NCBI GenBank assembly: GCA_049966015.1
Contig: JBMFVL010000003.1
Span: forward strand, 1 to 52,669
Source: Thermoplasmata archaeon
GTDB lineage: Archaea > Thermoplasmatota > Thermoplasmata > Lutacidiplasmatales > JAMCUS01
Direction of reading: 5' to 3'
DNA length: 52,669 nucleotides
This document shows, piece by piece, positions 41,432-50,706 of the stretch; position 1 is the first letter of the stretch; each line of letters starts with the position of its first letter. The notes below the pieces were generated by a model that was not told the origin of the DNA, did no database searches, and saw nothing but the letters and a program-made list of their open reading frames with translations. Both the position numbers and the translations under genes were made by a program.

Positions 41432-42742
41432 TTAATTTGCATCATTTATACCGTGAATGGCTTTTTTATTTAATTCCTTAATGAAAAACTGTTCTACCAT
41501 ATCCTGTTGAATAGTAATCTGTTCTTTCGTTTCCATGTTTTTTATTACAACATTCCCTTCTTCTATTTCCTTACCGAAAATAAGGCAATACTCGTACATG
41601 CCTTTGCTCGCTATTTCTAACCCTTTTTGTATTGGTTTTGCAGCGTAATCAAAAGTCACTTTAATACCAGCATTCCTTATTTTTGTAATCATTTTTATAG
41701 CCACACCCAGATAATTTTCATAAATTAATATTGCATAAACTCCTTTTTTCTCTTTATAAACGGGCCATTTATTTTCTTTTTTTAGCAATAATTCAAGGGT
41801 TACATCACCGATAGCAAATCCTATTGCTGGAATGGGTGTTTTATTGAATAGCCCTACCAAATTATCGTACCTTCCACCACCGAAAATAGCCCTTAGTTCC
41901 TCTTTCTTGTCCCAGCATTCAAAAACGATGCCCGTGTAATACAATAGGCCCCTTACTATCGAAGGATCCAATATTATTTTATCCTCAATTCCATACATTT
42001 TTAATGCTTCTTCAAGCTGGTTTAACTCTTTTAATATATCTCCTTCTATAGAGTTATTTAGTTCTTCAATGCCCTTGTTTATAGGGCTTTTGATTTCCAG
42101 TATTTTTTTTATCTTGATATAAAGTTCGTTGTTGGGGCAGATTTCTTTAAGAGATGAATCGAATTCATTAGCGGGGATTTTATGCTTTTTGTCTATCAGT
42201 TTGTATAGTTTGTTATTATCACACATCCCGTTTGTCAAAGAAGAGATTAAATTTCTATGGCTAACTCTTATCTGTACATCGTTATCTAAATCTAGGTTTT
42301 TCATAATCATATATGCAATGTATAGAATCTCTGCATCTACGACAGGATTTTTTGTTCCAAATATATCCACATTAAATTGATAAAATTCCCTCATCCTTCC
42401 TTTCTGTGGTTCTTCATATCTCCATACCTTGGAATAGGAATACCATCTTAGTGGAAAGGTTGAAATTTTTGATATTTCAGAAACCATTCTTGAAACAGCA
42501 GGAGTGGTCTCAGGTATAAGAACTACGTCTCTATTTCCCTTATCCTTAAATGAATAGGTTTCTTCAACGATTTCATCCCCACTTTTCATTTTGAATAGCT
42601 CCAGGGACTCTACGCTGGGGGTAGATATTTCTTCAAACCCGAAAAGTTTAACCACTTCTTCTATTTTTTCTAATATTACCCTTTTCCCCCATTGCTGTTC
42701 TGGATAAAACTCCCTGAATCCTTTTAACGGTTCGTAATTCAT
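41432..42742 (-). CDS. hisS: Histidine--tRNA ligase
   Basis: KGFREFYP, WRYEEPQKGRMREFYQ, VRGLLYYTG and GGGRYD motifs. The ATG at 42742 is preferred. Confidence 0.97.
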   Translation of the reverse strand: MNYEPLKGFREFYPEQQWGKRVILEKIEEVVKLFGFEEISTPSVESLELFKMKSGDEIVEETYSFKDKGNRDVVLIPETTPAVSRMVSEISKISTFPLRWYSYSKVWRYEEPQKGRMREFYQFNVDIFGTKNPVVDAEILYIAYMIMKNLDLDNDVQIRVSHRNLISSLTNGMCDNNKLYKLIDKKHKIPANEFDSSLKEICPNNELYIKIKKILEIKSPINKGIEELNNSIEGDILKELNQLEEALKMYGIEDKIILDPSIVRGLLYYTGIVFECWDKKEELRAIFGGGRYDNLVGLFNKTPIPAIGFAIGDVTLELLLKKENKWPVYKEKKGVYAILIYENYLGVAIKMITKIRNAGIKVTFDYAAKPIQKGLEIASKGMYEYCLIFGKEIEEGNVVIKNMETKEQITIQQDMVEQFFIKELNKKAIHGINDAN

Positions 42743-42746
42743 TTGA

Positions 42747-44300
42747 TTATTCCCCTTTAACAAGATATGTATGCCTTCCAGTCCATTCTTCTTTTGTTTC
42801 TGGATAATCTGTGCGATAATGGCTGCCTCTGCTTTCTGTTCTTAAATAAGCGGAGATTGCCATAAGATAAGACACATTGAGCATGTGGTATAGTTCTGTA
42901 TAAATCTTATCATTTACTTTATCATTGGCTAATTTCCATGAATAAATTTTTTTAATAGCCACTTCTAGCATGTTTCCGTCCCTGACGATACCTACGTTTT
43001 TCCACATGAGCTTTTGGAGGCCCTCAACTGAATATCCGTTGTCTTCTTTTACGTTTTTTTCTATATTTTTTATTTTGCTAACATCTGCATAATCATATTT
43101 TTGTTTACTCCATTTATATCCCAGCATTGTTCTTTCGGCTATCCTTTTACCGAATACAAGCCCTTCAAGAAGAGAATTGCTAGCTAATCTGTTTGCTCCG
43201 TGTACACCTGTTGATGCTACCTCACCACATGCGTATAGGTTTTCTAATGTTGTTTCCCCCCATGTATTCGTTTTTACACCACCTATCATGAAATGGGCAG
43301 CCGGTGCAACTGGTATAAGGTCCTTTGATATATCAATGCCAATACTTTTACATGTTCTGTATATAGTTGGAAATCTTGATATAACCCTTTCAGGGGGTAT
43401 ATGTGTAAGATCTAGATAAACGTGGTCTTCATCAGATTTGGATATTTCTGTAACAATCGCCCTTGATACAATATCTCTAGGTGCCAGCTCTGCCATAGGA
43501 TGGTAATTCTTCATAAAAGCTTCCATTTTTGAATTTCTCAATATTGCGCCTTCTCCCCTTACAGCTTCAGATATCAAAAAGGGTGGTACCTTGGGATGTT
43601 TCAGTGCAGTAGGATGGAACTGGAAAAACTCCATATCTGCAATTACTGCACCAGCATTCCATGCTAGGGATACACCGTCACCTGTTGCCACTTCAGGAGT
43701 TGTATTATAATAGAATAATTCACCAGCACCGCCGGTGGCAAGTACAATGGCAGAACCGTAGAATTCTTCTTTTTTTCCATTTGTTTTATTGTACGTTTTT
43801 ATACCAACCGCTTTATTGTTATCTACTATAATTTCACCAACATATGTATTTTCCGAAACGTCTATATCATAATCTTTTATTTTTTTACTGAGGGTTTGCT
43901 CTATTATTGCACCTGTAGAATCACCACCTGCATGCAATACCCTTGAAAAGCTATGTGCACCTTCCCTCCCTAATGTGATAACACCATTGACCGTGTCAAA
44001 CATAACACCGTAATTTATCAAATCAACTATCCTATCAACGGCGTTGGTTATCAATATATCTACTGCATCCTTGTCGCAAAGCCCTGCACCTGCTTTTATT
44101 GTATCTTCTACATGATTTTCAAAGTTATCCATAGGGTCAATGGCAGCAGCGATTCCACCCTGTGCATACTTGGTGTTGCACTCCTGTAAAGAGGTTTTTG
44201 TTATGATTTTAACCTTTTTTTTGAATTCTGAACCTTTCAGGGCCGTGTACAAACCGGCAATGCCACTGCCTATTATTATCATATCATAATCTTTCATCAT
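42747..44300 (-). CDS. nadB: L-aspartate oxidase
   Basis: GSGIAG, AQGGIAA, REGAHS, QFHPT, SEAVRGEG and HGANRLASNSLLE motifs. ATG at 44300 or 44327. Confidence 0.95.
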   Translation of the reverse strand: MMKDYDMIIIGSGIAGLYTALKGSEFKKKVKIITKTSLQECNTKYAQGGIAAAIDPMDNFENHVEDTIKAGAGLCDKDAVDILITNAVDRIVDLINYGVMFDTVNGVITLGREGAHSFSRVLHAGGDSTGAIIEQTLSKKIKDYDIDVSENTYVGEIIVDNNKAVGIKTYNKTNGKKEEFYGSAIVLATGGAGELFYYNTTPEVATGDGVSLAWNAGAVIADMEFFQFHPTALKHPKVPPFLISEAVRGEGAILRNSKMEAFMKNYHPMAELAPRDIVSRAIVTEISKSDEDHVYLDLTHIPPERVISRFPTIYRTCKSIGIDISKDLIPVAPAAHFMIGGVKTNTWGETTLENLYACGEVASTGVHGANRLASNSLLEGLVFGKRIAERTMLGYKWSKQKYDYADVSKIKNIEKNVKEDNGYSVEGLQKLMWKNVGIVRDGNMLEVAIKKIYSWKLANDKVNDKIYTELYHMLNVSYLMAISAYLRTESRGSHYRTDYPETKEEWTGRHTYLVKGE

Positions 44301-44336
44301 GTTCACACTCTCTATTACTAAAGACATTTTATCTAT

Positions 44337-44434
44337 TTTAGGATTACATTCGAACTCCTAAACATTGATGGGCTTTTTCAACTGCCATCCTTTCTATACC
44401 TAGAAAGATTGCATATTTACGGGATCGGCAACCG
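44337..44434 (-). ncRNA. Candidate structured cis-regulatory RNA or sRNA upstream of nadB
   Basis: Minus-strand stem CGGUUGCC-G-AUCC/GGAU-GGCAGUUG encloses hairpin UUUCUA-GGUA-UAGAAA; a second hairpin UUUAGGA/UCCUAAA follows. Confidence 0.35.
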
Positions 44435-44458
44435 CACTACAATTTAATCATTTTTATA

Positions 44459-45577
44459 TTAATTTTTCATCATTTCAATTAATTCTGATTGCCATATTTC
44501 TTTTTTAACGGATTCTATTATATCTTTATCAACATCTTTAAAAAATTGTATCAATATCGTATCCTTTTTAATGTTTAGTTTGTTTTCTATATTATTAAAA
44601 AACAGACCATATGATGTTTTTATAAATATTTTTATAAATTCTTTATTTGGTTTAACAAACATGCATAGACAGTTGATATTATTGGTGTTGTCCCTCCCTA
44701 TTTCTATTTTGTTATCATCCTCTCTGTAAGATTGTGTGTTAGTATGTCCAAAATACAGCATCTTAACTCTGGCATGGTTATCTATTATTAATATTTCTTC
44801 ACCATAAGGTGATAATATTTTTATGTTATTGTCATTTATAAGATAAAAAGTCAGTGGATAAAATAACCTTCCTGTATAATATGAAAAACTTTTTATTTGC
44901 CATAAAGGAATGCGTTGGGTGCAGGATTGCATTCCCAGCAAAGGGTCTACCGAATAAATTTGTGATACGCTTTTATAAAAATATAGTATGGAGGGGATAT
45001 ATCTATGAAGTAGAGCTGCTGTAAAATCACTCCCACCCCTTCCCAGTGTAATTGGAGCATTACTATTTTTATCAGTTAAATAAAAACCGGGTATTATATA
45101 TATGGTATCGGTTACATTAAGGTTTAAAAATTTTTCTTTCATTGATTCTAAGTCTTTTTTATTTATGACTATATTGTTATGCATTATCTTTGCATACAGA
45201 TTTATTGATTCTGGATATAATATAGAACAATTAATATTGTTAATATCCAAATATTCTTTGATAATATTGGCTATGATTCTTTCACCCTCAGATAAAAATT
45301 TTTCAGCGTTTAATTTTTCTTTGCCTGTTTCTTCAATAAGGTTGGAAAGGTACCTGGAAACTTCTACGCCCTCTTTTTCATAATTGGCATGCATTTTTAT
45401 AATACGTTCGATAAGATCTTCTTTTTTAATCTTTGATTCTAAAAAACTGATAAGCAGATCTGTTGTTCCATTGACTGCACTTACCACCGCAACTGTTTCA
45501 TATGATTCTTTCAGGATTTTCAAAACAAGTTGGGGATTTGTTGTAACTTCATGCCCTAATTTTTTTATTTTTAACAT
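44459..45577 (-). CDS. Divergent aspartokinase-like (amino-acid kinase family) protein
   Basis: VVSAVNGTTDLL, SEGER, IPGF and TLGRGGSDFTAA are retained; the KFGG motif and C-terminal part are degenerate. Confidence 0.75.
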   Translation of the reverse strand: MLKIKKLGHEVTTNPQLVLKILKESYETVAVVSAVNGTTDLLISFLESKIKKEDLIERIIKMHANYEKEGVEVSRYLSNLIEETGKEKLNAEKFLSEGERIIANIIKEYLDINNINCSILYPESINLYAKIMHNNIVINKKDLESMKEKFLNLNVTDTIYIIPGFYLTDKNSNAPITLGRGGSDFTAALLHRYIPSILYFYKSVSQIYSVDPLLGMQSCTQRIPLWQIKSFSYYTGRLFYPLTFYLINDNNIKILSPYGEEILIIDNHARVKMLYFGHTNTQSYREDDNKIEIGRDNTNNINCLCMFVKPNKEFIKIFIKTSYGLFFNNIENKLNIKKDTILIQFFKDVDKDIIESVKKEIWQSELIEMMKN

Positions 45578-45583
45578 AAATTC

Positions 45584-46828
45584 TTATTCTACATAGGTTA
45601 GATTTACATTAAGTTTTTTCATGATTTTATCGAAATCAGGGTATGATTTTTTGGTGTCTCCATGTATTATTGAGGGCTTTTTGCCTTTTAAGGAAGATAC
45701 AAAAGCAGCCATTACCATTCTATGATCGTTAGAGGAATATTCGATTGAATTGAAATTGGGTTTACCATAGATCACAAGTTCATTTCCGTTAAATCTGAAA
45801 CGTGTGTTGGTTAAATTTAATAATTTGGTTGTTTCACTTACCCTATCACTTTCTTTGTATTTTAATCTCTCAATATCCCTGAATATGGAAATACCAGAAG
45901 AGTATGAACATAATATGGATAAAATGGGGAATGAATCAGGTATATTTTTAAATGAAGCTTCAATTCCATTTATTGTCGGAACCCAGTAGGATTCTATGGA
46001 GTTTTGGTTTACTTTTATATTTAATCCTGCTTTTTTCATGTATTCTATAGCTATACCTTCAGGTTGATATTCATCTATGGAGATGTTGTTTATTTCTACT
46101 TCTCCACCTGTTAGCTGTGCACCTACAATAAATGGCAGTATATTGGTTATATCCCCGGGTGTAATATATTCATTTTTACTCATGCTAAATCCATTTACTC
46201 TATATTCATTGTTGTTTACTTCAATATTCACACCGGATTCTTTTAGCATTGCAACGGTCATATCAATGTAAGGCTGTGAAACATTATTCTGAACATGTAT
46301 TTTTTCCTCTTTTTTTAGGAGGGAGGCAATTAACAATCCACTTACAAATTGAGAACTTATTGCTGAATCTATCTTTATTTCAGTTGTTTTTAATGGCTTT
46401 TCTATCGTTATTTCCTTGTTTTTTAGGCTTGCTTTGGCACCGTTTCTGTTTATAATATCCAGTATTTCTTCCATGTTTCGGTTGTATAAATTATCTGAAA
46501 TTTTGATTACAGTCTTACCGTTTCTCATTGAAGCTAAAGCTAAAGCGAACCTAGCGGTTGTTCCAGATTCATTGCAGATTACAGTTTTATCCGAATCCAG
46601 TTCTATGGACCCTTTTACTTTAATGTTATCCTCATTTACCTGAATCTCTGCTCCTAGTGCAGATAACAGCCTGATGGATTCGTAAATATCATTGCCTTTA
46701 TTATAATTTTTAATGTATGTTGTTTGGTTGGATAAGGATGCTATAAACAGCGCACGGTGGGTATAAGATTTAGATGGTGGTGCATCTATTTTCCCTTCTA
46801 GTTTTGATGGATAGATTATATATTTCAT
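45584..46828 (-). CDS. aroA: 3-phosphoshikimate 1-carboxyvinyltransferase (EPSP synthase)
   Basis: PPSKSYTHRA, NESGTTAR, SSQFVSGLL, KESDR, DHRMVM and KSYPDF motifs. Confidence 0.93.
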   Translation of the reverse strand: MKYIIYPSKLEGKIDAPPSKSYTHRALFIASLSNQTTYIKNYNKGNDIYESIRLLSALGAEIQVNEDNIKVKGSIELDSDKTVICNESGTTARFALALASMRNGKTVIKISDNLYNRNMEEILDIINRNGAKASLKNKEITIEKPLKTTEIKIDSAISSQFVSGLLIASLLKKEEKIHVQNNVSQPYIDMTVAMLKESGVNIEVNNNEYRVNGFSMSKNEYITPGDITNILPFIVGAQLTGGEVEINNISIDEYQPEGIAIEYMKKAGLNIKVNQNSIESYWVPTINGIEASFKNIPDSFPILSILCSYSSGISIFRDIERLKYKESDRVSETTKLLNLTNTRFRFNGNELVIYGKPNFNSIEYSSNDHRMVMAAFVSSLKGKKPSIIHGDTKKSYPDFDKIMKKLNVNLTYVE

Positions 46829-46859
46829 TTATTATTGTAACTACTTAAAAAATATATAA

Positions 46860-48209
46860 TTATTCCGATTTTAGGGAGGATACAACGGAATATTTGTAAG
46901 CTAAATAAGCAGGGTAAATACACCCTATGAGTGCGGTTATAAATAGAATAATGCTGTACGTTAAGGTTATGCTTCCCATAGAGGATATATCAACAAATCT
47001 GAAATATGCCAGTGAAAAAGTGGGGTAAAAAGGAATGGGTGTACTTTTACTTATATAGACTAGAGAATATAACAATACATATGAAGAAATTATTCCAACT
47101 ACAATTCCTATCAGTGCAACGATGAGTTCTTCACCTACTACAAGCATCAACACAGATAAATTTGTAGCACCTACAGCTTTAAGAATGCCTAGTAATTTCC
47201 TTCTTTCCATAACTGCTATCATGGTCAATACGAAAATTACAAGCCCCCCTATAACAAAACTGAGAATGTTTAAAACAAAGGAAAAAACACTCGACGCTTC
47301 TACTTCCTGAGAGATCGTATCTATGGCCTGTTGTTGCGTTAATAAAGTGTAGGGAATATGGGGGTGCAATAATTCCAATTCCTGTATTATTCCATTTCCA
47401 ACACTGTTGGACTCGGATAGAACTGTAGATGAAGCTATAACACCATAAGCTTTCCAGCTTGTAGAAAGCATCTCCATTGCTGATGTAATGGGCATATATA
47501 TCATTGAGTTTAGATCGAATCCCAGATCTTCTATTGCCATTGGTATGTTTATGTTGTTGTATATTCCTATTACCTTTAACTGCATCATTAAAATGCCGTT
47601 TAAAGGTCTGGGTGCAAAGGTATATGCATCTATTATGCTTCCTACCGAAGAATTGGTTATCTGCATGATTTTGTAGCCAATATCTACGGGTATAATATTA
47701 GTGGAATAAATTGTTTCATTATTCCCAAACATTGGAATATTTGCATTTCCAATTTTTGTTAAGTTGCCATTGGCGCTGTAATTGTACGTTGGATTCCACA
47801 ATGAACCCTCATAAAGGGAATCGTTTACAATTCCATTGTATTCCCCTGTAACAGACAGTATAAGTGCATCAACGTTGGAAGAAGGCAGATAGGAAGCTAT
47901 CTGTATATATGGTGTAATGTACTTTATACCTTTTACATGAGACTGTATGTAGGGGATATCAGACATGGAAACTCCATAGGATTGGTTAATACTCAAAAAA
48001 TTTTCTGTTTGCCCCGTGTAAACAAGGATCGTGTTGGTTCCTAGACTTTTTACGCCGTTTACATAATAGTTTTCTATTCCATTGAACAGTGCATTTGGAA
48101 CGATACCTAAAATCATTATTCCTGTGAATATAACGATTACACTGATTGTTCTTATCTTATAAGCCATTATGTTATGTTTGATTATCAATGATACCCTTCT
48201 GTAGTTCAT
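46860..48209 (-). CDS. MacB/FtsX-like ABC transporter permease
   Basis: N-terminal TM, large extracellular domain, VMERRKLLGILKAVGAT, C-terminal YPAY.A motif. Confidence 0.9.
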   Translation of the reverse strand: MNYRRVSLIIKHNIMAYKIRTISVIVIFTGIMILGIVPNALFNGIENYYVNGVKSLGTNTILVYTGQTENFLSINQSYGVSMSDIPYIQSHVKGIKYITPYIQIASYLPSSNVDALILSVTGEYNGIVNDSLYEGSLWNPTYNYSANGNLTKIGNANIPMFGNNETIYSTNIIPVDIGYKIMQITNSSVGSIIDAYTFAPRPLNGILMMQLKVIGIYNNINIPMAIEDLGFDLNSMIYMPITSAMEMLSTSWKAYGVIASSTVLSESNSVGNGIIQELELLHPHIPYTLLTQQQAIDTISQEVEASSVFSFVLNILSFVIGGLVIFVLTMIAVMERRKLLGILKAVGATNLSVLMLVVGEELIVALIGIVVGIISSYVLLYSLVYISKSTPIPFYPTFSLAYFRFVDISSMGSITLTYSIILFITALIGCIYPAYLAYKYSVVSSLKSE

Positions 48210-48886
48210 TGATATTCCCCTGTAGAAACCTTTTCAATACTTCCGTCCCTTAGGGATACAACCTTGTTGCAATATTTCACCATGCTGGTGTTATGGGTTG
48301 CTATAATGATTGTTTTCTTTCTTTCTTTGTTTAGATGGTGGAATAATTCCAATATTTCCATTGAGGTGCTGGAATCTAGGTTACCAGTAGGTTCGTCCGC
48401 AATGATAACTGCTGGATCATTTACAAGAGCCCGTGCTATTGCAACCCTCTGCTTTTCACCGCCCGACAATTCCATGGGTGTATGGGTTGCTCTATGATCT
48501 ATTTTGGCGGTTTTAAGCACATTCATAAGGTTTTCTTTTGGGACGTTTTTGTTAGAGAATATTGTTGGTATAGCCACATTGTCCAGTGCGTTTAGTCTTG
48601 GATACAAATAAAAGTCCTGAAATACAAAACCAAACAGGGTATTTCGGTAATAGGCCCTTTCCCTGTCATCCAAACTGGATACGTTTTTTTCACCTATAAA
48701 ATATTTACCAGAGGTTGGATAATCAAGCAATCCCAGCACGTGGAGCAATGTAGATTTTCCAGAACCGCTTGGCCCGATTATAGCAACAAAATCCTGCCTT
48801 TCTATTTTTAAGGAGATCTCCTTCAATGCATTTATTTTTTCGTTCTTGCTTTCGTAAACTTTAGAAATTTTTTCAAGATTTAACAT
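48206..48886 (-). CDS. LolD/MacB-type ABC transporter ATP-binding protein
   Basis: [24 protein letters not shown] and ADEPTGNLD motifs. Start at 48886-48895. Confidence 0.95.
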   Translation of the reverse strand: MLNLEKISKVYESKNEKINALKEISLKIERQDFVAIIGPSGSGKSTLLHVLGLLDYPTSGKYFIGEKNVSSLDDRERAYYRNTLFGFVFQDFYLYPRLNALDNVAIPTIFSNKNVPKENLMNVLKTAKIDHRATHTPMELSGGEKQRVAIARALVNDPAVIIADEPTGNLDSSTSMEILELFHHLNKERKKTIIIATHNTSMVKYCNKVVSLRDGSIEKVSTGEYQ

Positions 48887-49163
48887 TTTTACCACTATTT
48901 ATTGCCTCTACTATTACATCGTAAAAATCACTTGGCTTTGCACCAATTATAGTATAAGGCTCAAGATAACTTATGATCTCCTCCTTAAGTTGTTCATTCA
49001 ATTCCTTTCCATTGATTTTATTGTTCAATTCATTTAACATTTCTTCTGGATAAAGAAAAAAGTCACCACTAAAGAAAATATTTTTTATTTTGTTATCTTC
49101 ATAATCCATACATAGCCGGATGGTTTTCCCACCTTCAATACGTTTTACAAATTCAATATACAT
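48873..49163 (-). CDS. Lipoate-protein ligase C-terminal subunit (LplB-like)
   Basis: GGKTIR and FSGDFFLYPEE motifs; coupled to lplA. Confidence 0.85.
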   Translation of the reverse strand: MYIEFVKRIEGGKTIRLCMDYEDNKIKNIFFSGDFFLYPEEMLNELNNKINGKELNEQLKEEIISYLEPYTIIGAKPSDFYDVIVEAINSGKNVKS

Positions 49164-50004
49164 CTTTCACCTTCTTTAATGAAGATTCAAATAATTCTTT
49201 AAATGGCAGGTACAGTTCCTTTCTTACTTTGTATTCTTCACCCATGTTCCACTCGATTGTAGAATACCTGTTTTTATAAAGTGAATCGCTCATGCTTTTT
49301 TCTTCTTCGGATAAAGAATCTATAGTTGCATTACATCTAAAATATTCTGAAAATCCGTTCGTTAATATTTTGGATATTTCATCTAGGCTTATATCTTTGT
49401 TTAATTCTTCTTTGAGTGTTGTAACCCTTTTTCTTACGCTTTGAACAGCTTTGGCTTCCAGTTTAACTTTTGGAACATTCAACACTTCAGATAAAATACT
49501 TAAATCAGAAGATATCATTAACGTTCCATGAACAAAATAGCCATTTCTTAATTTTGAGGCTGCCATACCGGATATTTTTTTGTGGTCTATTTCAATATCG
49601 TTGAGAGGAGCAAATTGTGCATTAATTCCCAATTTTTGTAATGAGTGTATAATACCTCCTGCTACATATTCATACACATTTTTTATGTCTCTGTATTGGT
49701 TAAAATCGCTTGTAAATGACAAGGCAAAATTGAGATTGCCTAGGTCGTGATATACTGCCCCACCACCGGTAAATCTTCTAACAAAATAGGTATTATATTT
49801 TCTAGACGAGTCTATATTGATTTCTAGCCTTGGATACTGAAATCTTCCTATGACAATTGTATTGCTGTTTCTCCATAACCTTAAAATGGCCGTATTAGAA
49901 TCTTTTTCAGAAGTTTCTAAAACCCGGGGGATTGCCTCTTCTACGGCCATGTTGTAATAGGGATTGTTTAATTCTTCGTATTGCACAACTCTAAGTTTAT
50001 TCAT
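49153..50004 (-). CDS. lplA: Lipoate-protein ligase A catalytic subunit
   Basis: NMAVEEA, RRFTGGGAVYHDLGN, ND...KKISG and HGTL motifs. Confidence 0.93.
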   Translation of the reverse strand: MNKLRVVQYEELNNPYYNMAVEEAIPRVLETSEKDSNTAILRLWRNSNTIVIGRFQYPRLEINIDSSRKYNTYFVRRFTGGGAVYHDLGNLNFALSFTSDFNQYRDIKNVYEYVAGGIIHSLQKLGINAQFAPLNDIEIDHKKISGMAASKLRNGYFVHGTLMISSDLSILSEVLNVPKVKLEAKAVQSVRKRVTTLKEELNKDISLDEISKILTNGFSEYFRCNATIDSLSEEEKSMSDSLYKNRYSTIEWNMGEEYKVRKELYLPFKELFESSLKKVKDVY

Positions 50005-50046
50005 TAGAACACCGGTTCATTTGATAATAAGAGGTTTATGTCAATG

Positions 50047-50156
50047 CGGGCCCGCCGGGATTCTCATTTTTTTGAACCCGGGATTGAGGTTGACTCCAAT
50101 GGTTCCGGAGACCTCTGTGATATCCATTATAGTTATTATTGCTACACTACGGGCCC
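50047..50156 (-). tRNA. tRNA-Arg(CCG) with three predicted introns (50127-50139, 50092-50104, 50061-50070)
   Basis: Acceptor stem GGGCCCG/CGGGCCC, anticodon stem GAGGT/ACCTC with loop CT-CCG-GA, T stem CCGGG/CCCGG. Removing 13+13+10 nt gives a 74-nt cloverleaf. Confidence 0.88.
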
Positions 50157-50172
50157 CTATACATTATTTAAA

Positions 50173-50334
50173 TCATTTTTTATTTTTGAATATTGTATAC
50201 CCACATTTCCCACAGGATACCCTGTCCTTATGGGTTGCAAGATATACACCTTCTCCACACTTCGGGCATCGTTCCTTTGTTTTTTTAACTTTGTCTTTTT
50301 CAGCTTTATAAAGCAACTTGGCACTTATTGTCAA
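50173..50334 (-). CDS. rps27ae: 30S ribosomal protein S27ae (not in the ORF track; TTG start)
   Basis: Manual translation [53 protein letters not shown]; GGTGA SD upstream; conserved position after rps24e. Confidence 0.95.
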   Translation of the reverse strand: MTISAKLLYKAEKDKVKKTKERCPKCGEGVYLATHKDRVSCGKCGYTIFKNKK

Positions 50335-50340
50335 ATCTAA

Positions 50341-50706
50341 TCACCCTTCTTTTTTGGTTTCTTCCTTCTTTTCTGCCTTCTTTTCTTCAGCTGGTTTAGA
50401 TTCTTCCTTCTTTTCTGATTTTTTCTCTACCAATCCATTTCTTATCAGAATGTGTTTCCTTTCAATTTTCATTATATGGTTCTTGTCTTTGTATACATGT
50501 GCTGTGCCATATATTTCATATTTGCCAAATGTTGTTTTAATAGATTCTAATATTATTAGATCCTTGGAGATTTTCAAGTTGTCTGCTAATAGTTTCTTTA
50601 CGTCGTCTCTTTTGGGCGTCGGGCTGTCTTTGTGGAATACCTTAAAGTTTACTACGTTCCTATTCAAAAATTTATCTTCTACGTTGCTTTTAATAACTAC
50701 TTCCAT
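50341..50706 (-). CDS. rps24e: 30S ribosomal protein S24e
   Basis: FLNR...F.V.H...PTPKR and TTFG...GTAHVY motifs; K/E-rich tail. Confidence 0.93.
   Translation of the reverse strand: MEVVIKSNVEDKFLNRNVVNFKVFHKDSPTPKRDDVKKLLADNLKISKDLIILESIKTTFGKYEIYGTAHVYKDKNHIMKIERKHILIRNGLVEKKSEKKEESKPAEEKKAEKKEETKKEG

Noticed and set aside
48873-50004. Split lipoate ligase as a frameshifted pseudogene or novelty
   Set aside because: A two-subunit LplA/LplB is already established in Thermoplasma acidophilum.
49964-50340. Plus-strand ORFs 49964..50311 and 50038..50340
   Set aside because: They are antisense to the tRNA-Arg and rps27ae, so they are shadow ORFs.
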